A DNA stretch of 51,129 bases. Source: a virus. Its lineage: Duplodnaviria > Caudoviricetes. A program made the position numbers and the translations under genes. The notes under the pieces were generated by a model. That model had not been told where the DNA came from. It saw only the letters and a list, made by a program, of their open reading frames with translations, and searched no databases. Positions 48,790 through 51,129 of the stretch are shown in pieces. Within the stretch, counting starts at the first letter, position 1; the number at the start of each line of letters is the position of its first letter. The stretch spans positions 1 to 51,129 of the IMG/VR virus record IMGVR_UViG_3300020045_014710; one strand, 5' to 3'.

Positions 48790-48821
48790 CAGATTATGTT
48801 TACATATAGTAGTTAGCAGGC
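48790..48821 (+). mobile_element. attI-like site (crossover G48812/TT)
   Basis: First GTT box (GTTAGCAGGC) has no upstream hairpin and lies ~50 bp from the integrase start. Confidence 0.7.
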
Positions 48822-48825
48822 ATTG

Positions 48826-49164
48826 CTACATTATGTATTTCAAATCAAATATCTCCCCAACTTGGTTTTTATATTTGAAGTCAAATTCATTTGATATTGA
48901 ATTTCTTAAACGGCTATTTAAGAATACATTTCCAGAACTAATGCAGGATTTTAAATCTTCAATTTTAGCCATTCCGAAATCGTGACTATCACCGTGTAAT
49001 GTGAATACTGAATTATCACGGTCTAATATCCACCATCCACCTCCTTTTACTTTTTCAATATCGGTAGCTAATTGCTTGTGATAAGTACATTTTGCAATAA
49101 TTAGAACATCGCCTAATTCATTGTTTGTTTCAATTATAAATTTTGGGAATACATCCATTTTCAA
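48826..49164 (-). CDS. Cassette 1 hypothetical protein
   Basis: HKQLA...GGGWW...LHGDSHDFG; stop 4 bp from the GTT box. Confidence 0.75.
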   Translation of the reverse strand: MKMDVFPKFIIETNNELGDVLIIAKCTYHKQLATDIEKVKGGGWWILDRDNSVFTLHGDSHDFGMAKIEDLKSCISSGNVFLNSRLRNSISNEFDFKYKNQVGEIFDLKYIM

Positions 49165-49191
49165 GATATTTATTAGTTAACAATCCACAAC

Positions 49192-49288
49192 GCCTGCTAA
49201 CATATGCTACAAGCTATATGCAGACGTTTTGTGCTTTGATTCAACTTTTATTTTGGCATACAGCGTGTAGCATCAGCCGTTGTAGTGC
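49192..49288 (+). repeat. attC-like site 1
   Basis: ...AAC-AT-ATGCTACAAGCTATATGC...GCATACAGCGTGTAGCAT-CAGCC-GTT. Confidence 0.85.
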
Positions 49289-49290
49289 AT

Positions 49291-49518
49291 TTAAGAAAGA
49301 ACCTCTGCACCAATTAGTTCATACTGTTCAAAATCACCATCGTGGTTATATCCGCCCGAAGAAAGCATCCTTTTCAATTCATCATAGTCAGTTGTAGTTT
49401 TCATCTGCTCAAAATACTGTCCGTACCTTCGGGCTTTGTATTTGAGAATAAAACGCACTACAACATTAGCTATACGTAATGCCTTTTCCTTTTCTATTTG
49501 CTCATAAATTTCATCCAT
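49291..49518 (-). CDS. Cassette 2 hypothetical protein (starts inside the attC2 loop)
   Basis: 75 aa; N-terminal KALRIANVVVR is encoded by the attC arm. Confidence 0.7.
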   Translation of the reverse strand: MDEIYEQIEKEKALRIANVVVRFILKYKARRYGQYFEQMKTTTDYDELKRMLSSGGYNHDGDFEQYELIGAEVLS

Positions 49519-49590
49519 TGTTATTGCTGTTTAATTATGTTGTTCGTAGTTTCAAAAAGGCACTACGCATAGCCTTGTACGTTACAAGAC
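49455..49590 (+). repeat. attC-like site 2
   Basis: ...AAC-ATTA-GCTATACGTAATGCCTTTT...AAAAGGCACTACGCATAGC-CTTGTAC-GTT. Confidence 0.85.
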
Positions 49591-49591
49591 A

Positions 49592-49912
49592 TTACAAATC
49601 ACGCACACCTACAACATTTCCGTTAATAGGAGTTCCATCTTCATAAAGTCCTTCGTGTTCAATTTCAGCAATCATTTGCATTGGTTTATTTCCTTTAAAA
49701 TAATCCCATAAAGCATCAAATCTGTCTTGAGTTAATCCCACTTTGGGCCAGAAGATATTTTGGTTATTTAATGGCTCGCAAGTCATTGATTTTTTTCTGC
49801 CTAATCCAGTAAGTTTAAAATCTGTTTTCACAAGAGTAACGTCTTGTAACATAGGTTTTGTGCTATTGCCTGATTGGTCATTAATCGAAACATTGTTTTT
49901 TTCTTGATTCAT
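49592..49912 (-). CDS. Cassette 3 hypothetical protein (starts inside the attC3 loop)
   Basis: 106 aa; N-terminal GNSTKPMLQDV is encoded by the attC arm. Confidence 0.7.
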   Translation of the reverse strand: MNQEKNNVSINDQSGNSTKPMLQDVTLVKTDFKLTGLGRKKSMTCEPLNNQNIFWPKVGLTQDRFDALWDYFKGNKPMQMIAEIEHEGLYEDGTPINGNVVGVRDL

Positions 49913-49979
49913 TTGTTTTTAATTTAGAGTTTAGGTGTGTTTTAAAGGCAACATCACAAAGCCTCCGCCGTTACTGGCT
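49841..49979 (+). repeat. attC-like site 3
   Basis: ...AAC-AT-AGGTTTTGTGCTATTGCCT...AGGCAACATCACAAAGCCT-CCGCC-GTT. Confidence 0.85.
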
Positions 49980-49985
49980 ATACTA

Positions 49986-50291
49986 CTATTTCGGTTTTTC
50001 ATCAACTTTCATAGCAGTAATTACATTATTTAACGCTACCGCCATTTGTTCGTATTGTTGCAATTCTGATAAAGCTAATTGTAGATTTGCAATAGTTTGA
50101 TTTAATCCTGCTGTACTTAAAATTAATCTTGTTTCGTCTAAAGCTCTTTTTTGTAGAATTTGGCTTTTCGCTCCAAACGAATATTCCGGTTTATAAGTCA
50201 ATAAGACTATTTCTATTAAAGGAGTTAATTCTGTTTTTCCGTTTTCTACCGTAAAACTTATATTTGTTCTAACTGATGCTAATTGTTTCAT
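49986..50291 (-). CDS. Cassette 4 hypothetical protein
   Basis: 101 aa ORF filling the cassette. Confidence 0.75.
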   Translation of the reverse strand: MKQLASVRTNISFTVENGKTELTPLIEIVLLTYKPEYSFGAKSQILQKRALDETRLILSTAGLNQTIANLQLALSELQQYEQMAVALNNVITAMKVDEKPK

Positions 50292-50334
50292 TTATTTAGT
50301 TTTTATAATTAATATTTGTTTTCTCTACCCGTAC

Positions 50335-50473
50335 AGCCAGTAACAGCGTGTTGTTTTCAGGCTTGGATTAGTGATTAGGTTGTTATTGTTTTTTATTTGT
50401 TACCATTTTGTTGACTCCAACAATTTGGTCTTATCTGTCACGCCCGAAAAGCAACACGCAAGCGTTAGTGGCA
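50335..50473 (+). repeat. attC-like site 4
   Basis: ...AAC-A-GCGTGTTGTTTTCAGGC...GCCCGAAAAGCAACACGC-AAGC-GTT. Confidence 0.85.
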
Positions 50474-50478
50474 ACCGC

Positions 50479-50856
50479 CTAATATATCGGTAAATCAGTT
50501 GTTGAAATAATTTTATAGTGAGTTGCGTTTTTCATTATAAATTCAATACTACCATCTAAAAGGAATTTACCTAAAATCAGACCTTCTTTTTTATCCATCC
50601 ACCAACAGTTGCAATCGAATTGAGGTAAATCATTTTCACGATAAATTTTAACCCATCCATTATTATTATCAATTCCTTTTAATGATTTTGGTCTTGACAA
50701 GTGTCCGTTAAATTCAATTTCTGAAACATCAAAAAAAGGAATAAGACTAATTTTTTTATTTTTAACACAATCAACAAATCCGTTTTCGTTGATATAACCT
50801 TTCAACGCATCATAACTTTTTCCGTATGCTTTTTGAATAACTTCTTGCTTTTCCAT
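50479..50856 (-). CDS. Cassette 5 hypothetical phage protein
   Basis: KQEVIQKAYG...RPKSLKGIDNNNGWVKI..E.DLP...THY, typical of Flavobacteria phage hypotheticals. Confidence 0.78.
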   Translation of the reverse strand: MEKQEVIQKAYGKSYDALKGYINENGFVDCVKNKKISLIPFFDVSEIEFNGHLSRPKSLKGIDNNNGWVKIYRENDLPQFDCNCWWMDKKEGLILGKFLLDGSIEFIMKNATHYKIISTTDLPIY

Positions 50857-50878
50857 AATTAATATGTTTTACGTGGTA

Positions 50879-51019
50879 TGCCACTAACACTCGTTTTGTG
50901 CTATTACGGCAATTTTAGTTAATATTAAATTTTGTTGTTACGTTCATGTTTTTCGTTAACCGAAAAACCTCGTTTCGCTTAGTGCCGTAACATCACAAAG
51001 CGAGGTAACGTTATAGCAC
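50879..51019 (+). repeat. attC-like site 5
   Basis: ...AAC-A-CTCGTTTTGTGCTATTACGGCA...TGCCGTAACATCACAAAGCGAG-GTAAC-GTT. Confidence 0.85.
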
Positions 51020-51044
51020 ATTGCTACATTTACGTTTTTATAAG

Positions 51045-51128
51045 TTAATTTTTCAACTCTATTTCTGGTTTTTTATTACCTAAGTAATTACATTTAAGAT
51101 ATTTTAATTCTAACGCTTTACCTTTTCT
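51045..51128 (-). CDS. Cassette 6 ORF, 3' end only
   Basis: Open frame ...RKGKALELKYLKCNYLGNKKPEIELKN* entering from the right edge. Confidence 0.45.
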   Translation of the reverse strand, partial: RKGKALELKYLKCNYLGNKKPEIELKN

Positions 51129-51129
51129 T

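Larger units (their letters stand above)
48812..51129 (+). mobile_element. Integron-like cassette array (5 complete cassettes plus 1 partial)
   Basis: Five of five cassettes are bounded by exactly complementary 10-mers: GTTAGCAGGC/GCCTGCTAAC, GTTGTAGTGC/GCACTACAAC, GTTACAAGAC/GTCTTGTAAC, GTTACTGGCT/AGCCAGTAAC, GTTAGTGGCA/TGCCACTAAC. Confidence 0.9.

Noticed and set aside
49143-49397. Plus-strand ORF crossing attC1
   Set aside because: It spans a cassette junction, overlaps two minus-strand ORFs and would not survive shuffling.
48812-51019. CRISPR array or REP/terminator explanation for the repeats
   Set aside because: The units are not identical direct repeats, the spacers are whole genes, there are no T tails, and the offset box complementarity is only explained by cassette integration.

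Overview
The whole window reads as the genome of an AT-rich temperate phage of Bacteroidota, probably Flavobacterium-like (TAnnTTTG promoters, DUF3127 SSB, host-like nucleoid protein). An intact attP beside the integrase suggests the excised or virion form. Left to right: (1) a leftward operon for replication, recombination and auxiliary functions (HU, ACP, dUTPase, two 2OG-Fe(II) oxygenase-like proteins, NdpA-like, RyR fusion, initiator/loader, SSB, exonuclease, ERF); (2) a lysogeny region (CI-like repressor, small lipopeptide plus membrane protein, attP with a tRNA 3'-end core, tyrosine integrase, XRE regulators); (3) a leftward early/anti-defence-like cluster (DUF4942-type methyltransferase, LPD29-like, J-domain protein) headed by a type III hammerhead ribozyme; (4) a ~1.2 kb non-coding divergence zone; (5) rightward genes (RuvC-like, GroES, fibre proteins, holin, split GH108 lysin, spanin-like, terminase, portal, scaffold, capsid). 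The standout is 47926-51129, a phage-borne integron-like system. An IntI-like tyrosine recombinase that lacks the IntI-specific insertion is followed by an attI-like site and at least six cassettes. Each of the five complete cassettes starts with a GTT 10-mer that is the exact reverse complement of the AAC-ending 10-mer opening its own attC-like hairpin. All cassette ORFs run backwards relative to canonical integrons. Family assignments come from motif recognition by eye; no database searches were run.
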